Assembly (NCBI GenBank): GCA_964016885.1
Contig: OZ024740.1
Coordinates: 184,512,001 to 184,576,000 of the forward strand
DNA length: 64,000 bases
Reading direction: 5' to 3'
Source: Eledone cirrhosa
Lineage: Eukaryota
Position 1 is the stretch's first letter. Every line of letters begins with the position of its first letter. This document shows positions 1-12,440 of the stretch, in pieces. Made by a program: the position numbers and the translations under genes. Under the pieces are notes generated by a model that was not told the DNA's origin, did not search any database, and worked only from the letters and a program-made list of their open reading frames with translations.

Positions 1-107
1 CAAACACACATACACATTGTGTGATGGACGGGTCGACAGAAGTCCCTCAAATGTATATGCATGTGAATGTAGTTCCACTGAAGCAGTCAGAGAAGTTGAA
101 GTATCTG

Positions 108-477
108 ATAACCTGTTAGCATTTATACCGGCTGTATCCAGCCAGAATTCTCTCACTACTTTCCGTTCATACCAGCCGTAATTGGCCGCTCATACTGATA
201 TTAAGGTATTTTTCTCAAAATAAAATCATCAAAATCTCTTAGATTCGATATTATGTGAGAGAATTATGTAAGATAAAGCATTTACAACAAACATACAATA
301 GCATATATGGAATAATGTAAATTCTAAAGGGTTAAGGTATTGTTCTCAAAATAAATAATATCAAAATATCATAGATTCGATATGTGAGATAATTATGTGA
401 GATAATTATGTGAGGTAAATCCTTTACCATGGAAATACAATAGTATATATAGAGTAATGTAAATGCTAAAGGGTTAA
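108..477. mobile_element. TTAA-flanked piggyBac-like MITE with a tandemly duplicated right half
   Basis: Left end (A)TAACCTGTTAGCATTTA at 108 is an imperfect inverted match to TAAATTCTAAAGGGTTAA (ends 335) and TAAATGCTAAAGGGTTAA (ends 477). Segment ~204-335 is repeated at ~336-477. Another TTAACCC end starts at 474. Confidence 0.6.
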
Positions 478-569
478 CCCTTTTGTTTACTGTATTTTAA
501 TGAAATACACTGTCTATGATTTTTTTTATAATTTTTAAAATAATCAAGAATTTGGAGGGATTTGGTAAA

Positions 570-1108
570 ACAATGATTGGAATGCAGGAGGCTGAATTAA
601 GTGCAAGAATTGCAAAAGCTGATACAGTAATGCACCAGCCTCAGCATTCAGCAAACAGAAGGGGGTAGGTGTAAAAGCCAAACTCACTGTCTTCCTGGCA
701 TTCCTGCCAACTCTTACCGAGGATCATGAATCTTGAGTAATGAGCAAAAGAGTACAATTGTAAATAAAAGCGGCAGAAATGGGATTCCTCCGAAGAGTCT
801 TTGGAGTAACGTTACCCGATAAAGTGCATAACCCAGAGACCAAAGTGTCACTCCGATATTATGAGCAGGTGGTTAGAATGTCTCAGTAAAGAATCGCTGG
901 ACACATTTTACGGCCAAACCAAACGGCAAGGGACCTAGAGGTAGACCCTAAGCAAGATAGTTGGATAACATCCATGAGCTTGGTCACGCTTTGGGATCCA
1001 GCTGGATCAGTTACAGATGTTTGCTACTGACAGACTCGCTAGAAGGAGTGTTTGAGAAGGACACTGGCCCCACGACCCTCTTAGAAATGAGTGGGCGAAG
1101 AAGAAGAT
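570..1108 (+). mobile_element. Degenerate RTE-clade LINE 3' fragment
   Basis: Broken frames give ARIAKA..VM, L.YG.ESW, AAEMGFLRRVFGVTL.DKV.N and KPNGK.PRGRP motifs. A related copy lies at ~17380-17810. Confidence 0.7.
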
Positions 1109-1290
1109 ATTGTCGATTTACTTTTCAATTTACATATATATATTTGCGTATAATACCAATATGCACATTACATATGCGAGCAGAAAACCTGCTAGTCTAA
1201 ACTATAATAAAGCAAGGGTTGCGGGACTGCGTACGTTTATTTCTTTTAATCCAGTTAGTAAAATAAGTTGGATTACTTTGAATAAATAAT

Positions 1291-1475
1291 TGTTTCTACT
1301 TTAGGCACAAGGCCAGCAATAACCCAGTGCATTACTGGTACTTTATTTTATCGACCCCGTAAGGATGAAAGGCAAAGTCAACCTCGGCGGGATTTGAACT
1401 CAGATCGTAAAGGGACGTAACTATACTGGAAAGCATGGCGTCCGACCCTCCACCGATACTGCCAATCCACCACCC
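1291..1475 (-). mobile_element. tRNA-derived SINE (family A, central domain resembling Meta/MESC), full length with 15-bp TSD
   Basis: Minus strand has an A-box-like TGGCAGTATCGG, a B-box GAGTTCAAATCC and central GACTTTGCCTTTCATCCTTACGGGGTCGATAAAATAAAGTACC. TSD CTTTGAATAAATAAT at 1276-1290 and 1476-1490. Confidence 0.85.
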
Positions 1476-1582
1476 CTTTGAATAAATAATGAATGAATAT
1501 TACATAATGTATGTGCTAAATTTAGTAAACCAATAATTTCGTAAAAATAAATAATCTAAAATTGACTTCTTTTCAAAGTTGC

Positions 1583-1746
1583 ACTTCCGGTGTATCGTCG
1601 CCACTTCAACTACCATATATATAGAAAGAGAGAGAGTGCGTGAAGGCTGTGCGAAGGCTGGTACGTACTGCGCATGCGCGAATATATATATATGTAATTA
1701 TATAGACACACATACATACCACACACAAATCGTCTCCGAGGTTAGT
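1583..1746 (+). promoter_or_regulatory. Possible core promoter / first exon (ETS and NRF1-type motifs, downstream splice donor)
   Basis: ACTTCCGGT at 1583, TGCGCATGCGC at 1669, local CpG enrichment, and GAG|GTTAGT at 1740/1741. Motif evidence only. Confidence 0.3.
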
Positions 1747-1909
1747 GAAGCTATTATTAATGCTCCCCTGATGAAGTAACTTGCAAATTCTTCGTAATGC
1801 TTGAAATGCAATAATACATCTAACGGACACACTCTCTAGAATAGATATATTTGTGTGTGTGAGAGAGAGAGAGGTAGATAGACAGGAAGGTTGGCAGGTA
1901 GATAGATAG

Positions 1910-1960
1910 ATTTCTTTATTAGCCACAAGGGCGCAACAAGAAAAGGGGCAATACAAAGGT
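1910..1960 (-). mobile_element. Tiny 3'-terminal fragment of the Tx1-like LINE within a (GATA)n/(GGTA)n tract
   Basis: ATTTCTTTATTAGCCACAAGGGCGCAACAAGAAAAGGGGCAATACAAAGG matches the 3' end of the element at 34286. Confidence 0.7.
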
Positions 1961-2394
1961 AGGTAGATAGATAGGTAGATAGACATGTGGGTTGGCAGGT
2001 AGATAGATAGGTCGATAGATCGATACGTAGATATATAGGTAGGTAGCTAGAAAGATAGACGATAGTGTGGTTATCTGTATATGTGGCTGTGTGTATGTAT
2101 GTGAAGATGTGGAAATAAGGAAAGGATAATTTACTACAGTACCAATAATTCAATCCACAGGTGTACATTCTTTTAACCATTGCAAAAGTACATAGACTCA
2201 CTCACACATACATATATATATATATGTATGTGTAGTGTGTTTATGTGTGTGTGTGTGTATATGTGTGTATATGTGTGTGTGCATAAGTGTATATGTCTAT
2301 ATATATATATGTATATGTGTATGTATATATGTTTGCTTATGCGTGTGTGTTACTGTATCTGTGTATGTGTGCATATGTTTGTGTGTGTGTCTGG

Positions 2395-2650
2395 TGATTG
2401 TAATGTTGACAGTTTGAATCCCATCAGTGCATTGTGTTAAGCAAGACACTTTATTTCACATTTCTTCTCTCCACTGAAGTAAAAAAAAGTGTACTCTGCC
2501 AGTAAGTCGAAGAACCAATGTAGTCCCACCCTGAAACCCTCCGTTATACGTGTCTATGGAATGCTCAAACACTCTCCCCTTAATTTCAGGCAGTTCCATT
2601 TGAGAAACCTAGCTGGACGAATCCTCGTCGCAAGCGATAGGGTACCATCA
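2395..2650 (+). mobile_element. Degenerate CORE-type SINE
   Basis: B-box-like GTTTGAATCCC followed by AGCAAGACACTTTATTTCACAT, shared with the SINE at 14472-14806. Confidence 0.5.
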
Positions 2651-2729
2651 TACATATGAACACATAGACACACACATTTCAAAGAGAATAGAAGAGATCA
2701 ATAAAATAAGTACTAGATTTTAAAATATA

Positions 2730-4010
2730 TGTACTGGAATTGTGGTCAAGAAAATCCTTTAATTGTGGTACCCCAGCATGGGCATAATCTAACGTCTGAA
2801 ACAAGTGCAGGCCAGAGAATTGTTCTTCCCCCTTCAATGTATGGTTCACCTCGCTTCTACAGTGAGTGCTTTCAGAATTCGATGAGTGTGGTTCGACACA
2901 TGGGAAAGCCATCTTATTTCATCATGGTAACAACTAACACTAACTGGGATGAAATAAACTTAGTTTGTACCCTGGCGAAGAACCTAGAGACCATCCTGAT
3001 ATTTCTGCAAGAGTCTTCAAGATCAAGTATGACAGCCTCATGGATGACATACTGAAACAAAATGTCCGAGGAAAAGTTGTGGCTCATTCTGCTACAATAG
3101 AGTGGCAGAAAACGAGGCCTCACTCGTGCTCATATTCTGCTGATAATGGCTGAAGATAGCAAGCCCAAAACTGCTGATGCCATTGATCAGGTAGTGTACT
3201 GTGAGATTCCTGATAAAGCGACCAATCCAATTCTGCATAAGATCATCACATCCTGCAACATTCATGGCCCATGTGGACAAGCTAATATGATGTGCTCATG
3301 TATGGAAGGGCTAGGACAACAACGCCATTGCTCAAAAAGTTATCCCAAGACATTCAGACAAACCACATTTGTTGCCGAAAATTCCTTTACGGAGTATAGA
3401 AGAAGGGATAGACAGCATGGTGGTCACACCCATACAATCCAACTTAAAGGTCAAGAATTTACTGTTGATAATCGTTGGATTGTTCCATTTCCTCTCATTG
3501 GATAATTGTTGGATAATCGTTGGATTGTTCCCTTTCCTCACATTGAGATATCAGTGCCACATCAATTGAGAGGTTGTCCACAGTGTCAATGCTGTTAAGT
3601 ACTTATATATGTACATCACAAAAGGATCACTTTCACTATTAAGGATGATCGAGGAAATTGCGTCCATGCCCAAAATGAGATTGAGACCTATATCAATGCA
3701 CGGGACATCTCAAGCAGTGAAGCATTCTGGAGAATCTATAAATTTCCATTACATCATCGAAAATTGCCAGTTGACAAGTTGCCTTGCCATTTACCTGGGG
3801 AACAAATGGTCGTGTATGAGCGAGGGCAGGTAGAAAGTATTGTTTCTAGGGGACAGCCAATGACTAAGTTGACAGAATATTTTCAACTTAATATTAGAGA
3901 CCCACTGGCACAAAACATATTGTATATTGATATTACTAAATATTTCACTTAGACAAACAAAAACTGGCAAAGAAGAAAAAAGGGACATCTGGATGGTGAT
4001 CAATGGGAAA
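2730..4010 (+). mobile_element. Helitron Rep (HUH) domain pseudogene fragment
   Basis: Frameshifted ORFs carry IVLPPSMYGSPR..GKPSYFI, RDHPDISARVF, IEWQK..PH, HGPCG, CSKSYPKTF, DNRWIVP, CHIN.EV, YITKG and EAFWRI, all characteristic of Helitron Rep. Confidence 0.9.
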
Positions 4011-4444
4011 TGAAGTGTTTTGCTCAAGAACACAGCACACAACTAGTCAAGAAATTAAACCCATGGCATTGTGAATGTTAGTCCAACAGCCTTACCACTA
4101 CAACACGTTTCCAACTGAATGTTGGGAAGTTTATGTTCTTGAGATCTATCATATATGTTATATACCCATCAGTCATTATATATTGTATATAAGGAATTCA
4201 TATTTATATTTGAATGCATGAATGCAGGGGAGTAATGTCGATATAATTATATATAATTTATATCCAGTTATCCTAACTATATAACGCATGTCATGCGATG
4301 GATGTCCTAATGCTTCAAAAGATTCTTTTTTGTTTAGAATGATAATTAGATTATGTTTCCTCTACAGAAATATCTAAAGGTTGAATTGCATGTCAAAAAA
4401 GAACAGCTCACAATTCTTCAATAATTTGTACTTAATATTTATTC

Positions 4445-4706
4445 TTGTTACCTTGAGCAAGACACTTTATTTCACATTGCTCCAGTTTCCTCAGCTGTAG
4501 AAATGAGATGATAGGGACCCCAGTCCCTATCATTCCACTGCAAAGTGGTCGTGGAGGTGCCACGGCAAAAAAGCACCCAGCACTCACTGTAAATGAGGTT
4601 GGTGTTAGGAAGGGCATCCAGCTGTAGAAATCAAGCCAGAATTAGTTCCCGTCCCACCCTTGCAAGCAGGGAAAAGCGGACGTAAAATGAAATGATGAAA
4701 TGATGA
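4445..4706 (+). mobile_element. 5'-truncated CORE-type SINE (family B) with RTE-derived tail
   Basis: Near-identical to the reverse complement of 14472-14720; ends in GGACGTAAAATGAAATGATG. Confidence 0.85.
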
Positions 4707-4759
4707 CTGCAAAAACATGAACTCACATGTATTTGTATACATCATATATATATATATTA

Positions 4760-4796
<37 letters not shown>

Positions 4797-4832
<36 letters not shown>

Positions 4833-7220
4833 TTTACGTCCACTTTTCCCTGCTTGGGACGGGTCTTATTCAGCACAGCATCTCTCCACTTATCAAGGTC
4901 CTTCATTATCTCCACCGTGAGCTTCAGCGATCTGAGGTCTGTTCTAATCCACTTCCGCCCATGTTTTTCGTGGTCTACCTCTACCATGTCTTCCTTCAAC
5001 TGGCATTTCCTGGCACTTCTTCACCCATCAGTCATCCTCCATGCGCATCACATGTCCATACCACTACATTCTATCCCTCTCAGACACAGTTTCTCTCTCA
5101 ACACATTCATGCTGGGTCATTCACGCACATTGACGTTGCACATCCAATGGAGCATGATTGCCTCATTTCTCTCCAGCCATCGCATATCCTCTGCAGGTGT
5201 TGCCCTTGTCTCACTACCATGCACCATCGCGCTGCTCACACAGGCATCATATAACCGGCCTTTGGTACGCAGGGAGAAACCCTTCTTCGTCAGCAGAGGA
5301 AGCAGCTCGCTAAACTTCTTCCAACCCGTCCTTATTCTAAATACTATGGCCTCGGAACACCCACCCTTTCCCTGCCATGCTAATCTGATCTCCTAGGTAC
5401 CGGAAGCTATCAACTTCTTCTATAGCACCCGCCTGCATTTGAAAAATGTGTCTATCAATGCAACTTCTACTGTCTTATTTCCCTGTACATCTACTGCATA
5501 CATATTTTTCCCTACCTGTTAGTTTGCCTGCTATCCCACTACATCTCTTGCGTACCCAGGATCTGCATTGTGTGCATTTTATAGAATGTATGCCAGTTCC
5601 TTTTCTGCATATCAAACATAGCCATTTCCCTGACGGAGTCAGAGTTTTGTCCTCTTTTCTACTCATCAACACTTTTGTCTTAGCTAGGTTCACTCTCAGT
5701 CCCCTTGCTTCCAACTGCTGTTTCCATAGCCAGAATGTATTCTCTAGCTCCTCTACTGATTCTGCTATAAGAACCAGATCGTCAGCATAGAGTAGTTCCC
5801 ATGGACAGCCAGTCTTAAACTCCCCTGTTATGGCTTGGAGGTCTATAATGAACAAGAGCGGGCTGAGGACCAAACCTTGATGTACTCCTACTTGTATCTG
5901 GAATTCCTCACTAAACTCTATTCCTACCCTCACATTACTGACAATACCTCTGTACAAAGTTTGCACTGTCCTCACAAGCCATTCCTCAACACCTAGTTTC
6001 CTTAGGGACCACCAGATGACAGATCGAGGTACCCTATCAAAGGCCTTCTCTAGTTCAACAAAGGTGGCTTATTTTTCTCTAAGAACCTCTCTTGTATTGT
6101 CTCACCAAGAAGATGGCATCTGTTGTACTCTTCCCAGACACAAAACCAAACTGCATCTCATCTAGTTTGACCCTTTCTCTAATTAGTTGTGCTAATATCC
6201 TTTCTGCCACTTTCATAACCTGATCCATCAGTTTTATACCCCTATAATTGCTACTCTCCAGAGAATCCCCTTTACCTTTGTTGCAATTTATGAGAATACT
6301 GCTTCTCCAGTCTTTGGGTATGACACCGCCATATATAACCTGGTTGATGATGCGTGCAACCAGTTTAGTGCCTACGTCCCCTGATGTATTCAGCATCTCA
6401 GCAATTATCCCCGTTTGTCCAGCAGCCTTACCATTTTTTCTTTCCTTAATCGCCTCTTGGAACCTATATTCATCAATCTCAATAGCTGGTCCCTCTGTCG
6501 GATCTACTGAGGGTAATTTTTCTCTCTCCCATTCGTTATCCACATTCATCAGTCTCTCATAATGACATTTCTAGGCCTCCTTTTTCTGATCATTTGTGAC
6601 ACTAAGTACACCAGCATCACTCCGGACACATTCCCCCAACAACATCCTGATTTGCATTGACACACTGCCTTGCAATGTGGAACACCGCACGTCTCTGATC
6701 TTCCCATCGCAGAACATTGGCAAACCTCCTACTCTAAGCCGCCGTGCGTGCTAAGTAGACCTGACGTCTAGTTCCTCTCTTAGCGGCTGTATATCCTTCT
6801 CAACTCCCACCCTTTTTCCAAGGATTCCATGCTAGTCTGTTGTCTCTAATGGCCTTATCTACTGTGCTGTTCCACCACCAGGTCATTCTCTGTCTGGTTG
6901 GAGCTCTGCTCCAGCCATAAGCTTAATCAGTAGCCTGCAGTAAGTTGTCACGTAAGGAATTCCAGTTATTATCTATGTCATACATCTCTAAATCATCTTC
7001 TTTTTCGTCATACACATCTTGAAGGGCTTTCCTAAATTTGTATTTTAGTGAAAGGTATTTTAGCTTCCAGACCTTTCTTCTCCACACCTTCCTGTATGTC
7101 TCATTCCATCTCTTGCTTACTGAGATATCACTAACGACTGACCTATGCTGTGGGGTACATTCTTCCCCAGGGTATGCCTTGGTATTAGACACCATCTGCC
7201 TGCCCCGCTGCCTAACTAGT
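4797..7220 (-). mobile_element. RTE (BovB-like) LINE, 5'-truncated, disrupted ORF2
   Basis: Minus-strand ORFs: NYRGIKLMDQVMKV, QFGFVSGKSTTDAIF, GVHQGLVLSPLLF, LLYADDLVL, a Cys-rich insert CLICRKG..CTQC, and the APE end GEECTPQHR. (ATG)n tail at 4797-4830. Confidence 0.92.
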
Positions 7221-7235
7221 AAGTTATATATACAT

Positions 7236-7289
<54 letters not shown>

Positions 7290-7561
7290 TAGGTGGTTCA
7301 GTGAATTACTGGTGTTTGTACCAAATCAAGCACTCTATGCACAGGCAGAGTGTATATAATAGAAAGAAAACAAGGAAGTTTCATTTACATTTAAAATATA
7401 TTTAGTGTGTATCAACCTGTTGCGTACATTTCACAGAGGATTTGCTCTTGGTCACCCATGGGAATTATAACTACACGATCGATCTGCTCTTCAGACTAGT
7501 GATGTGACAAAAACCATGAATTGTTGTTGCAGTATGTGAGATGAAAAGATATATATATATA

Positions 7562-9401
7562 AGCTTTTCTGTGTGGGAAATGACAATGGGCTGTGTGGGG
7601 TAGGAATCATGTTAGCAGAAAAATGGGTTGATAAGATAATAGACGTAAATAGAGTGAACGACAGAATAATTAAAATAAGACTTGTCCTAAATAGAACTAC
7701 TGTGACAGTAATATCTGCGTATGCACCCCAATCCGGACTGCCTGGCATTATAAAAGACAGATTCTATGAGACGATGCTCACTACCTCCCAAATAACCGAC
7801 AGTGACTACATAATTATTGCTGGCGACCTAAATGGTCACGTTGGATAACATTGGGATGGCTATGACGGAATCCATGGAGGTTATGGGTTTGGTACTAGAA
7901 ATGAGGAAGGCCCCAGAATCCTGGAATTCTGTGACGCAAATAACCTAACTGTCTGTAACACTAACTTCAAAAAACGAGACAATCACTTGATCACCTATAG
8001 ATCAGGTGAACACGCCAGTCAGATAGATTATATCCTTACCAGAAGACGTGATAGAGTGTCTATCGTAAACACAAAATCCCTCCCCCATGAAGAATGCACC
8101 TCCCAATATAGACTCATAGTCAGCGACCTCGTTGTCAGGACAAGACATATTGACAACAGAGGAGGACTATCCTAAGGAGAAAAATATGGAAGCTAAAGGA
8201 CCCCACAGCCAGTAATAAATTTAAAAGCATATTACTTGATGCTTTTGACAGTAAGGAAGAGCAATTAGAGTCGTACAATATAGAGGAACAGTGGAAATTC
8301 CTGAAAGCTAACCTGCTGAAGGCGGTAGATGATGTCTGTGGTTGGAGCAGGCCTATAGGCAGGAGGAGAGTAACGTGGTGGTGGAACAGTAAGGTGGAGG
8401 AGTCAATTAAGGCCAAAAAACAGGCTTGGAAGGTATGGCACGATGGGGGAAGTAGAGAAGACTATCAAGTGGCCAGGAGGGAAGCTAGGAGACAAATGTA
8501 CTTCGCAAGAAGGGAAGCAGAGGAAAGAAAGTTCAAGCATGTTCTACTACGCGAGGACCAAAAACGAGAGATGTTCAGGATTGCTAGGCAATGTGTCAAT
8601 GAAAACAGTGATATTTTCGGGGAGAAGTGTGTCCTTAACGATGGTGTACTTGCCATCACTGATGCTGATAAGAAGGTAGCTTGGAAGTGTCACTACGAAA
8701 GGCTACTAAATGAGGAGAATAAATGGGAGAAAGACAGTCTCCCCCACGTCGATCCAATAGAGGGACCAGCAGTGCTAGTTGAAGGTAGTATAATAAGTAA
8801 GGCAATCAAAGATATGAAGACGGGCAAGGCGGCTGGGCCTTCGGAAATAGTTGCTGAAATGCTGAAAGCATCTGGAACGGTGGGACACACTATGGTCACC
8901 CGGATAGTAAACCAAGTCATACAGAATGGGGTCGTTCCGAAGGACTGGCGTAGCAGCATCATCATTAAATGCTACAAGGGTAAAGGAGATGCCCTAGATA
9001 GGGGTAACTATAGAGGCATTAAATTAATCGACCAGGTCATGAAGGTCACAAAAAAAGTAATAGCGCAACTAATCAGAGAGCGAATTGATCTAGATGAAAT
9101 GCAGTTCGGGTTTGTGTCAGGTAAAAGTACAACAGATGCTCTTTTCATTGTACGACAACTACAGAAGTACCTAGCTAAAAGTAAACCCCTACACTTAGCT
9201 TTTGTTGACTTGGAGAAACAGTGATATTGTCGGGGAGAGGTGTGTCCTTAATGATGATGTCCCACACTGTAAAGTGGTTGGTGTTAGGAAGGGCATCCAG
9301 CTGTATAAAACCAATCTTGCTTCAAGTGGGAACATTCACGTCCAAACCCATGCAAGCGTGGAAGATGGACGTTAAACGATGATGATGATGATGATGATGA
9401 T
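7562..9401 (+). mobile_element. RTE (BovB-like) LINE: APE domain and N-part of RT, internally deleted, joined to 3' UTR
   Basis: GVGIML, ISAYAPQ, AGDLNGHVG, SQIDYIL, TWWWN, NYRGIKL, QFGF and FVDLEK motifs, then GGAAGGGCATCCAGCTG...GACGTTAAACGATGATG tail. Confidence 0.92.
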
Positions 9402-10049
9402 ATATATATAGGTATCGGCCCTATTTTTTTGTGTGGGGGTATATGTGGGTATTGTGGTGTAATTGGTGGGGTAGCTATGTGTGTGTGTATTCACAGATAT
9501 TCATGTGCATGTTTGTGTGTGCATGCGAGCATGTAAAGATTCGTGTCTGTGTGTATGTGCATTCATATGTGCATATTGGAATGTGTTTGGACATTCGAAA
9601 GAGTGGCTTTGGTAAACAGGAAGCTGAAAGGGAGGGTGGCCTTAATGGTGGGGTTGTTTGGTGTGTGTCATGCTTAGACGACCCAGTACTAGTTCATTGT
9701 ATCATTAGTGACAGTTGAAATTTTTGGCAAAATCTGAAAAAAAATGTTTAATTTTTTTTTTTTTTTTTCATTTTCTGCCAACATCTTGAACCAGTGATTT
9801 CGACCTCATTGTTTACAATTTGATCAACAAATTCCTTTTGATCACATGCATCGGATTAATTGTTGTACAACCTTTCCAACCAAAAGCTTAAGTTATGAAA
9901 GCATTTAAGTACTCACAATTTCATCAATTGAAACATACAGTATCCTCCTAATTTAGCATATAAAAATCTGCTGGAGTACAAAATCCCACATCTAAGCTGG
10001 TACAGTACTGTTTCCAATTCCATGGAGAATCTGCAGGTCATGGATTGAA

Positions 10050-10168
10050 TTGATCTTACTACTAAATTGATCTTACTACTAAATTGATCTTACTACTAAA
10101 TTGATCTTACTACTAAATTGATCTTACTACTAAATTGATCTTACTACTAAATTGATCTTACTACTAAA
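10050..10168. repeat. Perfect minisatellite, 7 x 17 bp (TTGATCTTACTACTAAA)
   Basis: Counted directly; units are identical and abut with no spacers. Confidence 0.95.
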
Positions 10169-10559
10169 TTTTTAAATGAGTGCTGGGATCCCTCATGTGG
10201 CATTAACTGATACTCGTTTTTCTGTTAAATGATGATGATATAAAATACATACATATACAAACTCATGCTAATATTTACTGGTGTTGCCTATTAGCTAAAA
10301 TATTTGTTTTTCCATGTTCCCTTATGAACGATTACCCAGAATTTGTATATTTTGTAATTTGTAGAAATACAAGTAAATTAGATGACCATATTATAAACCA
10401 GCTTGATACCTGAAGGAAAAATATGAAATCTGTAGTATTCAGTGAATGATATTTTGTTTTGGGATGTTACAGTTGTTAATAAATCCTTCCTAATTCTTGA
10501 TTATTTTAAATATCGTGAGCTCTGTTTTTCATATAAAATATAGTAACAGAAAGGTTAAA

Positions 10560-10945
10560 CTAACTTATCTTTCTGCCTCATGGTTCCAGCAGACATTGCC
10601 CAGGAGGATGGTGAATAAGACATGCCAGAATGGCCACTCCAACGTATGGGGCTTGCACTTGCAAGTAGGCAACTCCACCCCAATAGCAGAGCATAGAGAT
10701 GTGGTCCAGAGGCCAAGAATGCCAGAAGCCTCCACTGCCACACACTCAACCTCAAACCTAGCAGAGAGCAGTTGATAATTTGACAGTTTGCTCTCTTCAG
10801 CCAGATGAGTAGCAAACCTTGGTATGTTAGTCAAACACACCAGGTTGCTGCTAAAGAAGATGTCACAATATATGCCATCCCAGGTGAAGGGCGTACTGTC
10901 ACAGAATGGGAAGATTGATATACTGTCTCAGATCTTATATGCTCA
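10560..10945 (-). mobile_element. Degenerate RLE-type non-LTR retrotransposon C-terminus (CRE-like)
   Basis: Minus strand reads PFTWDGIYCD (cf. LxWDxTCxD), AEESKLSNYQLL..FEVECVAVEASGILG (cf. AExxKxxKY..PxAxETxGxxG), then ILLGN (cf. IQRGN). Confidence 0.55.
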
Positions 10946-11249
10946 CACACACAATAAACATTGATAGAAAATTGTGTTACATATATAAACAATGTAATAT
11001 GGGGTGTTACAAACTTGCCTTTTGGGTTGTTTCTGCTTTGTTTAATGTCAAGTGACCTATGCAATTTCCTGAATGACAGTCTATGTCTACATATGTTTAA
11101 ATTGGTATTCTGAGAACAACTCAAAATTGTGCTTGGTAATAGATATAGTTTCTAACAAATCGTGGCCAATTTCTCCAACAAAATTGAAATAACATCTCAA
11201 TTTGGTGAAGAAAATTTATTCTATACACAATAAATAGATTGTTTTAGAC

Positions 11250-12440
11250 TGAGCACTTTCTTCTCAATGCTCATATCATTCAGGAAAAATATTGTCTACA
11301 TTCCTGGTAAAATTTGATTGTTTGCAATTGAAAGTAAGATACTTTAAGTAGTTCTTACACTTGTTAGGTTCTAAGCTTGTTCAAAACACTTAGTTATTTA
11401 AAATAAAAATGTCTATTTCATAAGGTCACCACCCTGATTAGACATATAGGGAAGAAAACATTCTAATTTACTTCTTTTTCAACTCCTCTGTTAATGTTTA
11501 GTTTCAGCAGAGCCAACTGAGTTCCCTGACATTACTGAACATTTTTTTATCAAAATAGTTTATTAAATCAACAATATCATTAGTTTTATAAACTGGGAAT
11601 AACTGTTGCTAACTATGCAGTGTAATTTTCAGCTTGGATGCTAATACACGGCTCAACTTATAAGGACATCTTGATAAATGATGCCTCTTACAGCAGTATA
11701 GATGGTATCAGCTTCACTTCGTCAGATATATATATATATATTCACCCAATGTTTGCCATATTTATGAACAACACTCATTTCCATTTTGTAATAATCATAT
11801 TATTTTCACCTTCAAACATCACAAAGTTTAACTAATTTTTGGTCTTCGATTTTGGTTTTAAAATAACAGAAGATAATATTCATCAATATTTACAGAAGGT
11901 CAGCTAATACAGATTTCTTCATCCATTTTCAATTAGCCTTTTTGGATACTGATAAATATGCATATTGAATATGCAATCGGCCATATTGAAAATATATAAT
12001 GATACATAGAAATCAAAATCATCAACATTTATGTAATCCATCACACCGTCAAATAGTATAGATACTCCAAAGTCTTTACTAGTAGAAAGGAAGGAAAAGA
12101 ATAATGACATCCTCCAGAAAAAAAACTGTCTTTTCAGGAGCCCTCCTATAAGTAGATACTCTTTCACACATAAAAAAAACTTTCCGATTGCAAAGGTGAA
12201 CACATTCTTTAACGCCTGCATTGTGTATTCTATCAAATTCACAAAATCTAAGAAACTTTATGTTGTTGGTTTATATTCTTCTAATTCATATAGGAATTAA
12301 AGAGAACTTGAATTTGACAGTTACATCTGTTAAAAGACTTCTCGGCAGTTGCAACATTACAAAATATAGAGAATTTATCAAGAACTTGGTAACTCATTAC
12401 TTACGATGGTCTAGTTTGCTGGCATGCTTTGAATTTTATA
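11250..12440 (+). mobile_element. Highly decayed Penelope-like element (RT + GIY-YIG)
   Basis: NDASYSSIDGI..PMFAIFM (cf. FNxxxYxQxDGxAMGSPLSPxxANIFM), IYRRSANTDFFIHF (cf. VYRKPTxTxxY) and IVYSIKFTKSKKLYV (cf. VIYxIxCxxCxxxYVG), in the expected order. Confidence 0.5.

Noticed and set aside
1765-1820. Hammerhead (CTGATGA...GAAA)
   Set aside because: Stem II is plausible, but stems I and III do not pair.
4727-5396. 175- and 204-aa plus-strand ORFs
   Set aside because: Antisense to RTE ORF2 and starting in microsatellites.
10050-10168. CRISPR-like array
   Set aside because: Head-to-tail repeats without spacers, eukaryotic context, no cas genes.
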